A stretch of 64,000 bases of DNA from Euprymna scolopes (taxonomy: Eukaryota): NCBI GenBank assembly GCA_053919585.1, contig CM132815.1; one strand, given 5' to 3'. The notes beneath the pieces are model-generated. The model was given only the letters and a program-made list of their open reading frames with translations. It was not told the origin of the DNA and made no database searches. Every line of letters starts with the position of its first letter. The stretch's first letter is position 1. Shown one piece after another: positions 40,701 to 54,548 of the stretch. The position numbers and the translations under genes are program-made.

Positions 40701-43700
40701 TCATCGATGTAATGATATCAAATTTTATGCATTGTTTGTATCTTTAGGTGTACTGTTCTTATCATCGATGTAATGATATCAAATTTTATGCATTGTTTGT
40801 ATCTTTAGGGGTACTGGTCTTATCATGGATGTAATGATATCAGATTTTATGCATTGTTTGTATCTTTCGTGTACTGTTCTTGTCATCGATGTAATTATAT
40901 CAAATTTTATGCATTGCTTGTATCGTTCGTTGTACTGTTCTTATCATCGATGTAATGATATCAAATTTTATGCATTACTTGCATCTTTCGGTGTACTGTT
41001 CTTATCATCGATGTAATGGTATCAAATTTTATGCATTACTTGTATCTTTCGGTGTACTGTTCTTATCATCGATGTAATGATATCAAATTTTATGCATTGT
41101 TTGTATCTTTCGGTGTACTGTTCTTATCATCGATGTAATGATATCAAATTTTTTGCATTGCTTGTATCTTTCGGTGTACTGTTCTTATCATCGATGTAAT
41201 GATATCAAATTTTATGCATTGTTTGTATCTTTCGGTGTACTGTTCTTATCATGGATGTAATGATATCAAATTTTACGCATCGGTTGTATCTTTCGGTGTA
41301 CTGTTCTTATCATGGATGTAATGATATCAAATTTTACGCATTCCTTGTATCTTTCGGTGTATAGTTCTTATAATCGAAGTGATGATATTAAATTTTATGC
41401 ATTGTTTGTATCTTTCGGTGTACTGTTCTTATCATGGATGTAATGATATCAAATTGCCGCATCGTTAGTATCCTTCGTTGTACTGTTTTTATCATGGATG
41501 TAATGATATCAAATTTTACGCATTCCTTGTATCTTTCGGTGTATAGTTCTTATCATCGAAGTAATTATATCAAATTTAATGCATTGTTTGTAACTTTCGG
41601 TGTACTGTTCTTATCATCGATGTAATTATATCCAATTTTATGCATTGCTTGTATGTTTCGGTGTACTGTGTTTATCATGGATGTAATGATATCAAATTTT
41701 ATGCATTGTTTGTATCTTTCGGTGTACTGTTCTTATCATCGATGTAATGATATCAAATTTAATGAATTGTTTGTATCTTTTGGTGTATAGTTCTTTTCAT
41801 CGATGTAATGATATCAAATTTTAGGCATTGTTAATATATTTCGGTGTATAGTTCTTATCATCGATGTAATGATATCAAATTTTATGCATTGTTTGTATCT
41901 TTCGGTGTATAGTTCTTATCATCGATGTAATGATATCAAATTTTATGCATTATTTGTATCTTTCGTGTACTGTTCTTATCATCGATTTAATGATATCAAA
42001 TTTTATGCATTGTTTGGATCTTTCGGTGTACTGTTCTTATCATCGATGTAATGATATCAAATTGTATGCATTATTTGTATCTTTCGTGTACTGTTCTTAT
42101 CATCGATGTAATGATATCAAATTTTATGCATTGTTTGTATCTTTCGGTGTACTGTTCTTCTCATCGAAGTAATGATATCAAATTTTATGCATTATTTGTA
42201 TCTTTCGTGTACTGTTCTTATCATCGATGTAATTATATCAAATTTTACGCATCGTTTGGATCTTTCGGTGTACTGTTCTTATAATCGATGTAATGATATC
42301 AAATTTAATGCATTATTTGTATCTTTCGTGTACTGTTCTTATCATCGATGTAATGATATCAAATTTTATGCATTGCTTGTATCTTTCATTGTGTTGCTCT
42401 TATCATCGATGTAATGATATCAAATTTTATGCATTGTTTGTATCTTTTGGTGCATAGTTCTTATCATCGATGTAATGATATCAAATTTTATGCATTGTTA
42501 ATATCTTTCGGTGTATAGTTCTTATCATCGATGTAATGATATCAAATTTTATGCATTGTTTGTATCTTTCGGTGTATAGCTCTTATCATCGAAGTATTTA
42601 TATCAAATCTTATGCATTGTTTGTATCTTTCGTGTACTGTTCTTATCATGGATGTAATGATATCAAATTTTATGCAGTGTTTGTATCTTTCCGTGTACTG
42701 TTCTTATCATCGATGTAATGATATCAAATTTTATGCATTGTTTGTATCTTTTGGTGACTGTTCTTATCATCGATATAATGATATCAAATGTTATGCATTG
42801 CTTGTATCTTTCGTGTACTGTTCTTATCATCTATGTAATGATATCCAATTTCATGCATCGTTTGTGTCTTTCGCTGTATAGTTCTTATAATCGAAGTAAT
42901 GATATAAATCTTATGCATTGTTTGTATCTTTCGGTGTACTGTTCTTATCATGGATGTAATGATATCAAATCTTACGCATCATTTGTATCTTTCGTTGTAC
43001 TGTTCTTATCATGGATGTAATGATATCAAATTCTACGCTTTCCTCGTAATTTACGTTTATAGTTCTTATAATCGATGTAATGATATCAAATTTTATGCAT
43101 TGTGTGGATCTTTCGGTGTACTGTTCTTATCATCGATGTAATGATATCAAATTTTATGCATTATTTGGATCTTTCGTGTACTGTTCTTATCATCGATGTA
43201 ATGATATCAAATTTTACGCATCGTTTGTATCTTTCGTTGTACTGTTCTTATCATGGATGTAATGATATCAAATTTTATGCATTATTTGTATCTTTCGTGT
43301 ACTGTTCTTATCATCGATGTAATTATATCAAATTTTATGCATTGTTTGTATCTTTCGGTGTACTGTTCTTATCATCGACGTAATGATATCAAATTTTATG
43401 CATTGCTTGTATCTTTCGGTGTGCTGTTCTTATCATCGATGTAATGATATCAAATTTTCTGCATTGCTTGTATCTTTCGGTGTACTGTTCTTATCATGGA
43501 CGTAATGATATCAAATTTTATGAATTGTTTGTATCTTTCGGTGTACTCTTCTTATCATCGATGGAATTATATCAAATGTTGTGCATTATTTGAATCTTTC
43601 GTGTACTGTTCTTATCATGGATGTAATGATATCAAATTTTATGCATTGCTTGTATCGTTCGGTGTACTGTTCTTATCATCGATGTAATGATATAAATTTT

Positions 43701-46700
43701 ATGCATTGTTTGTATCTTTCGGTGTATAGTTCTTATCATCGATGTAATGGTATCAAATTTTATGCATTGTTTGTATCTTTCGGTGTACTGTTCTTATCAT
43801 CGATGTAATGATATCAAATTTTACGCATCGTTTGTATCTTTAATTGTACTGTTCTTATCATCGATGTAATGATATAAAATTTTACGCATTCCTTGTATCT
43901 TTCGGTGTATAGTTCTTATAATCGAAGTAATGATATCAAATCTTATGCATTGTTTGTATCTTTCGGTGTACTGCTCTTATCGATGTAATGATATCAAATT
44001 TTATGCATTGCTTGTATCTTTCGGTGTACTGTTCTTATCATCGATGTAATGATATCAAATGTTATGCATTGTTTGTATCTTTCGGTGTACTGTTCTTATC
44101 ATCGATGTCATGATATCAAATTTTATGCATTGTTTGTATCTTTCGTGTACTGTTCTTATCATCGATGTAATGATATCAAATTTTATGCATTGTTTGTATC
44201 TTCCGGTGTACTGTTCTTATCATGGATGTAATGATATAAAATTGTATGCATTGTTTGTATCTTTCGTGCACCGTTCTTATCATCGATGTATTGATATCAA
44301 ATTTCATGCATCGTGTGTATCTTTCGGTGTACTGTTCTCATCATGGATGTAATGATATCAAATTTTATCCATTGCTTGTATCTTTCGTTGTACTGTTCTT
44401 ATCATGGCTGTAATGATATCAAATTGTATCCATTGCTTGTATCTTTCGGTGTACTGTTCTTATAATCGATGTAATGATATCAAATTTTATGCATTGTTTG
44501 TATCTTTCGTTGTACTATTCTTATCATCGATGTAATGATATCAAATTTTATGCATTACTTGTATCTTTCGGTGTACTGTTCTTATCATCGATGTGATGAT
44601 ATCAAATTTCATGCATTGTTTGTATCTTTCGGTGTACTGTTCTTATCATCGATGTAATGATATCAAATTTTTTGCATTGCTTGTATCTTTCGGTGTACTG
44701 TTCTTATCATCGATGTAATGATATCAAATTTTATGCATTGTTTGTATCTTTAAATGTACTGTTCTTATCATGGATGTAATGATATCAAATTTTACGCATC
44801 GGTTGTATCTTTCGGTGTACTGTTCTTATCATGGATGTAATGATATCAAATTTTACGCATTCCTTGTATCTTTCGGTGTATAGTTCTTATAATCGAAGTG
44901 ATGATATTAAATTTTATGCATTGTTTGTATCTTTCGGTGTACTGTTCTTATCATGGATGTAATGATATCAAATTTTCGCATCGTTAGTATCTTTCGTTGT
45001 ACTGTTCTTATCATGGATGTAATGATATCAAATTTTACGCATTCCTTGTATCTTTCGGTGTATCGTTCTTATCATCGAAGTAATTATATCAAATTTTATG
45101 CATTGTTTGTATCTTTCGGTGTACTGTTCTTATCATCGATGTAATTATATCCAATTTTATGCATTGCTTGTATCTTTCGGTGTAATGTTCTTATCATCGA
45201 TGTAATGATATCAAATTTAATGCATTGTTAATATCTTTCGGTGTATAGTTCTAATCATCGATGTAATGATATCAAATTTTATGCATTGTTAATATCTTTC
45301 GGTGTATAGTTCTTATCATCGATGTATTTATATCAAATTTTGTGCATTGTTTGTATCTTTCGTGTACTGTTCTTATCATGGATGTAATGATATCCAATTT
45401 TACGCATCGTTTGTCTCGTTCGTTATCCTGTTCTTATCATGGATGTAATGATATCAAATTTTACGCATTCCTTGTATCTTTCGTGTACTGTTCTTATCAT
45501 CGATGTAATGATATCAAATCTTATGCAATGTTGTTATCTTTCAGTGTACTGTTCTTATCATCGATGTAATGATATCAAATTTTATGCATTGTTTGTATCT
45601 TTTGGTGACTGTTCTTATCATCGATGTAATTATATCAAATTTTATGCATTGCTTGTATCGTACGTTGTACTGTTCTTATCATCGATATAATGATATCAAA
45701 TTTTATGCATTGCTTGTATCTTTCGTGTACTGTTCTTATCATCGATGTAATGATATCAAATTTTATGCAGTGTGTGTATCTTTCGGTGTACTGTTCTCAT
45801 CATGGATGTAATGATATCAAATTTTATCCATTGCTTGTATCTTTCGTTGTACTGTTCTTATCATGGCTGTAATGATATCAAATTTTATCCATTGCTTGTA
45901 TCTTTCGGTGTACTGTTCTTATAATCGATGTAATGATATCAAATTTTGCGCATCGTTTGTATCTTTCGTTGTACTGTTCTTATCACGGATGTAATGATAT
46001 AAAATTTTATGCATTGCTTGTATCTTTCGGTGTACTGTGTTTATCATGAGTGTAATGATATCAAATTTTATGCATTGTGTGTATCTTTCGTTGTACTATT
46101 CTTATCATGGATGTAATGATATCAAATTGTATGCATTACTTGTATCTTTCGGTGTACTGTTCTTATCATCGATGTAATGATATCAAATTTTATGCATTGT
46201 TTGTATCTTTCGTGTACTGTTCTTATCATCGATGTAATGATATCAAATTTTATGCATTGTTTGTATCTTTCGTGTACTGTTCTTATCATCGATGTAATGA
46301 TATCAAATTTTATGCATTATTTGTATCTTTCGGTGTACTGTTCTTATCATCGATGTAATGATATCAAATTTTATGCATTGTTTGTATCTTTCGGTGTACT
46401 GTTCTTATCATCTATGTAATGATATCAAATTTTATGCATTGTTTGTATCTTTCGTGTACTGTTCTTATCATCGATGTAATGATATCAAATTGTATGCATT
46501 GTTTGTATCTTTCGGTGTACTGTTCTTATCATCGATGTAATGATATCAAATTTTATGCATTGTTTGTATCTTTCGGTGTACTGTTCTTATCATCGATGTA
46601 ATGATATCAAATTTTATGCATTGTTTGTATCTTTCGGTGTACTGTTCTTATCATCGATGTAATGAAATCAAATTTTATGCATTGTTTGTATCTTTCGGTG

Positions 46701-49700
46701 TATAGTTCTTATCATCGATGTAATGATATCAAATTTTATGCATTGTTTGTATCTTTAGGTGTACTGTTCTTATCATCGATGTAATGATATCAACTTTTAT
46801 GCATTGTTAATATCTTTCGGTGTATAGTTCTTATCATCGATGTAATGATATCAAATTTTATGCATTGTTATATCTTTCGGTGTATAGTTCTTATCATCGA
46901 TGTATTTATATCAAATTTTATGCATTGTTTGTATCTTTCGTGTACTGTTCTTATCATCGATGTAATTATATCAAATTTTATGCATTGTTTGTATCTTTCG
47001 TGTACTGTTCTTATCATCGATGTAATGATATCAAATTTTATGCATTACTTGTATCTTTCGGTGTACTGTTCTTATCATCGATGTAATGATATCAAATTTT
47101 ATGCATTGTTTGTATCTGTCGGTGTACTGTTCTTATCATCGATGTAATGATATCAAATTTTATGCATTGTTTGTATCTTTAGGTGTACTGTTCTTATCAT
47201 CGATGTAATGATATCAAATTTTATGCATTGTTTGTATCTTTAGGGGTACTGGTCTTATCATGGATGTAATGATATCAGATTTTATGCATTGTTTGTATCT
47301 TTCGTGTACTGTTCTTATCATCGATGTAATTATATCAAATTTTATGCATTGCTTGTATCGTTCGTTGTACTGTTCTTATCATCGATGTAATGATATCAAA
47401 TTTTATGCATTACTTGCATCTTTCGGTGTACTGTTCTTATCATCGATGTAATGGTATCAAATTTTATGCATTACTTGTATCTTTCGGTGTACTGTTCTTA
47501 TCATCGATGTAATGATATCAAATTTTATGCATTGTTTGTATCTTTCGGTGTACTGTTCTTATCATCGATGTAATGATATCAAATTTTTTGCATTGCTTGT
47601 ATCTTTCGGTATACTGTTCTTATCATCGATGTAATGATATCAAATTTTATGCATTGTTTGTATCTTTCGGTGTACTGTTCTTATCATGGATGTAATGATA
47701 TCAAATTTTACGCATCGGTTGTATCTTTCGGTGTACTGTTCTTATCATGGATGTAATGATATCAAATTTTACGCATTCCTTGTATCTTTCGGTGTATAGT
47801 TCTTATAATCGAAGTGATGATATTAAATTTTATGCATTGTTTGTATCTTTCGGTGTACTGTTCTTATCATGGATGTAATGATATCAAATTGCCGCATCGT
47901 TAGTATCCTTCGTTGTACTGTTTTTATCATGGATGTAATGATATCAAATTTTACGCATTCCTTGTATCTTTCGGTGTATAGTTCTTATCATCGAAGTAAT
48001 TATATCAAATTTAATGCATTGTTTGTAACTTTCGGTGTACTGTTCTTATCATCGATGTAATTATATCCAATTTTATGCATTGCTTGTATGTTTCGGTGTA
48101 CTGTGTTTATCATGGATGTAATGATATCAAATTTTATGCATTGTTTGTATCTTTCGGTGTACTGTTCTTATCATCGATGTAATGATATCAAATTTAATGA
48201 ATTGTTTGTATCTTTTGGTGTATAGTTCTTTTCATCGATGTAATGATATCAAATTTTATGCATTGTTTGTATCTTTCGGTGTATAGTTCTTATCATCGAT
48301 GTAATGATATCAAATTTTATGCATTGTTTGTATCTTTCGTGTACTGTTCTTATCATCGATGTAATTATATCAAATTTTATGCATTGTTTGTATCTTTCGT
48401 GTACTGTTCTTATCATCGATGTAATGATATCAAATTTTATGCATTACTTGTATCTTTCGGTGTACTGTTCTTATCATCGATGTAATGGTATCAAATTTTA
48501 TGCATTGTTTGTATCTTTCGGTGTACTGTTCTTATCATCGATGTAATGATATCAAATTTTATGCATTGTTTGTATCTTTAGGTGTACTGTTCTTATCATC
48601 GATGTAATGATATCAAATTTTATGCATTGTTTGTATCTTTAGGGGTACTGGTCTTATCATGGATGTAATGATATCAGATTTTATGCATTGTTTGTATCTT
48701 TCGTGTACTGTTCTTGTCATCGATGTAATTATATCAAATTTTATGCATTGCTTGTATCGTTCGTTGTACTGTTCTTATCATCGATGTAATGATATCAAAT
48801 TTTATGCATTACTTGCATCTTTCGGTGTACTGTTCTTATCATCGATGTAATGGTATCAAATTTTATGCATTACTTGTATCTTTCGGTGTACTGTTCTTAT
48901 CATCGATGTAATGATATCAAATTTTATGCATTGTTTGTATCTTTCGGTGTACTGTTCTTATCATCGATGTAATGATATCAAATTTTTTGCATTGCTTGTA
49001 TCTTTCGGTGTACTGTTCTTATCATCGATGTAATGATATCAAATTTTATGCATTGTTTGTATCTTTCGGTGTACTGTTCTTATCATGGATGTAATGATAT
49101 CAAATTTTACGCATCGGTTGTATCTTTCGGTGTACTGTTCTTATCATGGATGTAATGATATCAAATTTTACGCATTCCTTGTATCTTTCGGTGTATAGTT
49201 CTTATAATCGAAGTGATGATATTAAATTTTATGCATTGTTTGTATCTTTCGGTGTACTGTTCTTATCATGGATGTAATGATATCAAATTGCCGCATCGTT
49301 AGTATCCTTCGTTGTACTGTTTTTATCATGGATGTAATGATATCAAATTTTACGCATTCCTTGTATCTTTCGGTGTATAGTTCTTATCATCGAAGTAATT
49401 ATATCAAATTTAATGCATTGTTTGTAACTTTCGGTGTACTGTTCTTATCATCGATGTAATTATATCCAATTTTATGCATTGCTTGTATGTTTCGGTGTAC
49501 TGTGTTTATCATGGATGTAATGATATCAAATTTTATGCATTGTTTGTATCTTTCGGTGTACTGTTCTTATCATCGATGTAATGATATCAAATTTAATGAA
49601 TTGTTTGTATCTTTTGGTGTATAGTTCTTTTCATCGATGTAATGATATCAAATTTTAGGCATTGTTAATATATTTCGGTGTATAGTTCTTATCATCGATG

Positions 49701-52390
49701 TAATGATATCAAATTTTATGCATTGTTTGTATCTTTCGGTGTATAGTTCTTATCATCGATGTAATGATATCAAATTTTATGCATTGTTTGTGTCTTTCGT
49801 GTACTGTTCTTATCATCGATGTAATTATATCAAATTTTATGCATTGTTTGTATCTTTCGTGTACTGTTCTTATCATCGATGTAATGATATCAAATTTTAT
49901 GCATTACTTGTATCTTTCGGTGTACTGTTCTTATCATCGATGTAATGATATCAAATTTTATGCATTGTTTGTATCTTTCGGTGTACTGTTCTTATCATCG
50001 ATGTAATGATATCAAATTTTATGCATTGTTTGTATCTTTAGGTGTACTGTTCTTATCATCGATGTAATGATATCAAATTTTATGCATTGTTTGTATCTTT
50101 AGGGGTACTGGTCTTATCATGGATGTAATGATATCAGATTTTATGCATTGTTTGTATCTTTCGTGTACTGTTCTTATCATCGATGTAATTATATCAAATT
50201 TTATGCATTGCTTGTATCGTTCGTTGTACTGTTCTTATCATCGATGTAATGATATCAAATTTTATGCATTACTTGCATCTTTCGGTGTACTGTTCTTATC
50301 ATCGATGTAATGGTATCAAATTTTATGCATTACTTGTATCTTTCGGTGTACTGTTCTTATCATCGATGTAATGATATCAAATTTTATGCATTGTTTGTAT
50401 CTTTCGGTGTACTGTTCTTATCATCGATGTAATGATATCAAATTTTTTGCATTACTTGTATCTTTCGGTGTACTGTTCTTATCATCGATGTAATGATATC
50501 AAATTTTATGCATTGTTTGTATCTTTCGGTGTACTGTTCTTATCATGGATGTAATGATATCAAATTTTACGCATCGGTTGTATCTTTCGGTGTACTGTTC
50601 TTATCATGGATGTAATGATATCAAATTTTACGCATTCCTTGTATCTTTCGGTGTATAGTTCTTATAATCGAAGTGATGATATTAAATTTTATGCATTGTT
50701 TGTATCTTTCGGTGTACTGTTCTTATCATGGATGTAATGATATCAAATTGCCGCATCGTTAGTATCCTTCGTTGTACTGTTTTTATCATGGATGTAATGA
50801 TATCAAATTTTACGCATTCCTTGTATCTTTCGGTGTATAGTTCTTATCATCGAAGTAATTATATCAAATTTAATGCATTGTTTGTAACTTTCGGTGTACT
50901 GTTCTTATCATCGATGTAATTATATCCAATTTTATGCATTGCTTGTATGTTTCGGTGTACTGTGTTTATCATGGATGTAATGATATCAAATTTTATGCAT
51001 TGTTTGTATCTTTCGGTGTACTGTTCTTATCATCGATGTAATGATATCAAATTTAATGAATTGTTTGTATCTTTTGGTGTATAGTTCTTTTCATCGATGT
51101 AATGATATCAAATTTTAGGCATTGTTAATATATTTCGGTGTATAGTTCTTATCATCGATGTAATGATATCAAATTTTATGCATTGTTTGTATCTTTCGGT
51201 GTATAGTTCTTATCATCGATGTAATGATATCAAATTTTATGCATTGTTTGTATCTTTCGGTGTATAGTTCTTATCATCGATGTAATGATATCAAATCTTA
51301 TGCATTGTTTGTATCTTTTGGTGTATAGTTCTTATCATCGATGTAATGATATCAAATTTTATGCATTGTTAATATCTTTCGGTGTATAGTTCTTATCATC
51401 GATGTATTTATATCAAATTTTATGCATTGTTTGTATCTTTCGTATACTGTTCTTATCATGGATGTAATGATATCCAATTTTACGCATCGTTTGTCTCGTT
51501 CGTTATACTGTTCTTATCATGGATGTAATGATATCAAATTTTATGCATTCCTTGTATCTTTCGTGTACTGTTCTTATCATCGATGTAATGATATCAAATT
51601 TTATGCAATGTTTTTATCTTTCAGTGTACTGTTCTTATCATCGATGTAATGATATCAAATTTTGTGCATTGTTTGTATCTTTTGGTGACTGTTCTTATCA
51701 TCGATGTAATGATATCAAATTTTATGCGTTGTTTGTATCTTTTGGTGTACTGTTCTTATCATCGATGTAAGTATATCAAATTTTATGCATTGCTTGTATC
51801 GTTCGTTGTACTGTTCTTATCATCGATGTAATGATATCAAATTTCATGCATCGTTTGTATCTTTCGGTGTATAGTTCTAATCATCGAAGTAATGATATCA
51901 AATTTTATGCATTGTTTGTATCTTTCGGTGTACTGTTCCTGTCATGGATGTAATGATATCAAATTTTATGCCTTGTTTGTGTCTTTCGGTGTACTGTTCT
52001 TTTCATTGATGTAATGATATCAAATTTTATGCATTGTTTGTATCTTTCGGTCTACTGTTCTTATCATCGATGTAATGATATCAAATTTTATGCATTGTTT
52101 GTATCTTTCGGTGTACTGTTCCTGTCATGGATGTAATGATATCAAATTTTATGCCTTGTTTGTGTCTTTCGGTGTACTGTTCTTTTCATTGATGTAATGA
52201 TATCAAATTTTATGCATTGTTTGTATCTTTCGGTGTACTGTTCCTGTCATGGATGTAATGATATCAAATTTTATGCCTTGTTTGTGTCTTTCGGTGTACT
52301 GTTCTTTTCATTGATGTAATGATATCAAATTTTATGCATTGTTTGTATCTTTCGGTGTACTGTTCTTATCATCGATGTAATGATATCAAA
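31734..52390. repeat. 60/61-bp satellite array, ~20.7 kb (~340 units), with higher-order repeats
   Basis: Unit TGTAATGATATCAAATTTTATGCATTGTTTGTATCTTTCG(G)TGTACTGTTCTTATCATCGA. The ORF track repeats at offsets of 7834, 1399 and 1460. Confidence 0.99.
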
Positions 52391-52959
52391 GTGTTGACAA
52401 ATATATGTCATAATGGATCTCTTAACTCAGAAATTTTTCTGTCCAAATTTCGAATATGTACAGAATATCAAACCATATCCTATATGTAATATATGGGTAT
52501 AGTTTGCTATCCTTCCGTTACTTATTCGTAGTTTTATTCTTAGAACTGGTTATTACTTAGCACATATATCCGTTATGTTATGGGTCTTTGCACCTGAGGA
52601 AGGATGGTGTAACTCCCGACCGTAAAGCTATGAGACTAACATTCAAAATGAGAAGAATAGTTCAAATAGTACAAACTATCAATCCTCATATAATAATATT
52701 CCGAAACAAAAAACAAACCCAAAAATCTTGTAATGCTGACATTCTTTTTGTTAGCTTTCTTTTTTAAAAAAAAGCAACATTTTTCTTGAAATATCAGAAA
52801 CATATGCCATTATATTAAACAGTAAGTCCATATTTATTGATTTATCTATGTAATTGATTTTGGCTCCCACCGAAGGTTTTTGTTAATTTAAAAAAAAGAT
52901 CAATGAGAAAAATACAACCCTGAACTTAGGAACGTACAAAAAATGTGATTTAAACCCGT

Positions 52960-54120
52960 CACTTGATAAATCAGGTGAGGATAGAGCGGTTGCCCTCGAT
53001 AGATCCAGGGCTTTTGACAGGGCATGGCGCGATGGTCTTCTAAGGAAAATCAGACCATATGGTATCACTGGAAGAATAACGTAAGTAAATCCTTCCTAAG
53101 TAAGAGAAGAGTTCAGGTTGTCCTCGACGGTCGTACATCTAAAGAATATGATATAAATGCGGGAGTACCTATCCTGGGACCTTTACTATTCCTGATATTC
53201 ATAAATGATCTCCTTGATAAAATTTTCACTGAGATGGGTATATTTGCTGATGACACTGCGCTCTATAACAGGCACGAGTGGAAAACTAATGAACACCTAT
53301 CTAAGGAAATGGCAAAAACACTAGAGGAAGACCTTCAATCCGTAGTGTAATGGGGACAAAAATGGATGGTCACATTCAATGCTGCTAAGACTAAGCTTGT
53401 GTCTTTCAATAATCAGAAAAAACAACTTCTCTTCCACCAATAGCAATGGCTAAAAACACATTACCGGAAAGTACTTCCTTTAAACTTCTCGGCCTAACGT
53501 TCACACGGAACATAAATTGGAACAGATACATTGAGAGCATAGCCAAGGCTGCTGCAAAGAAGGTGGGCTTTCTCTACCGTGATAGAAAGCTACTTACGCC
53601 TGAAAGTATCCTGTTACTCTATAAGGTCACCATTCGCCCATGTATAGAGTACTGTTGTCACATTTTAGCTGATGCATCTGCTACTAGTCTCTCAATTCCG
53701 GACAGGGTTCAAAAGAGAGTCGCTAACCTCATAAGTCTTGAACTGTCATCTAAACTCCAGACTCTGTCTCATCCACGAAATACTGCATCCCTTTGCCTTT
53801 TCTACAAGTATTTTAATGATTAATGCATTTGTGCCTTGTCGACGTAGATATCCCAACAAACCCGACAAGCAGCTAAATCCCACCCATTCACAGTAGAGAT
53901 GTCAGAAAGGCTTCTACTCCAATAGTTTCTTCCCCAGAACTGCTCGACTTTGGATCTCCCTTCCTGGATTCTGCTTTCCCAACTGTACTGACATGCAGAA
54001 GTTCAAGTGTAATGTGGACAGACATCTTGCTTCATAATATCCCTGCAACATATGTCCCCGATAGTAGCTCCCCTGCTTCAAAGTGGTACTGTGCCTTGTT
54101 TGAGGTGAAAATTGAAAAAA
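52960..54120 (+). mobile_element. 5'-truncated, decayed CR1/L2-group (jockey-like RT) LINE
   Basis: RAVALDRSRAFDRAWRDGLLRKIRPYGITG, GVP-ILGPLLFLIFINDL, FADD, FNAAKTK and IRPCIEYCCHI, with stops and frameshifts and an A-rich end. Confidence 0.92.
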
Positions 54121-54373
54121 GTATTTATATATATGTAGTTAGGGTTACGTTTAGGGTTAGATTATATCTTAACAGATATTCTGGTTTCAAAATAGAATTA
54201 ATATGCATATAAAATACAAAGTATACATTTTCTACTAACCTTTGAGCTTTCAGTTGAATTAAAGTCGGTCAATTTATCTCTTATGCATAGATCATCGTAT
54301 AACGATTAGATCACTGTTCTGATGTAAAGAATATTTAAAATTAAAATGTTTAAATTCAACGGTATTTCACGCG

Positions 54374-54456
54374 GTTAATGGTAGCCGATCGGATACGGTC
54401 TTTGCTAATCGAGCGAGAGATGGCTCGTGTCGCCGGGTTCGAATCTGTCGACTGGT
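54374..54456 (+). pseudogene. tRNA(Ser)-like pseudogene or SINE head
   Basis: A-box-like GGTAGCCGATCGG, TGCTAATC (GCT anticodon-like), a long variable region and B-box GGGTTCGAATC. The cloverleaf is not intact. Confidence 0.45.
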
Positions 54457-54548
54457 GTTAATCGTGAAACCCTGCACTGAAAATTCCCGAAAGATTCTGT
54501 AGGTATTTAATTATTATAGTAAAAAAATTAATTATATTTATATATTTA

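Noticed and set aside
31845-51831. Dozens of 60-117 aa 'MISNFMHCLY' ORFs
   Set aside because: They arise from 60/61-bp monomer phase shifts in the satellite.
31734-52390. CRISPR-like array
   Set aside because: There are no unique spacers, the whole unit is repeated, no cas genes are present, and the context is eukaryotic.
31734-52390. Hammerhead in the satellite minus strand (CGATGA..AACAGTAC..GAAA)
   Set aside because: The core is UCGAUGA rather than CUGANGA, and no stem II or stem III with a UH triplet can be formed.
52590-52635. Penelope-type minimal hammerhead (CTGAGGA...GTAAAGCTA); similar weak motifs on the minus strand at ~4945-4980 and ~61205-61240
   Set aside because: Core nucleotides are mutated and the stems are not convincing. 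They may be fossils but cannot be supported.
54374-54456. Functional tRNA-Ser gene
   Set aside because: The acceptor and anticodon stems do not pair. It is kept only as a pseudogene or SINE head.
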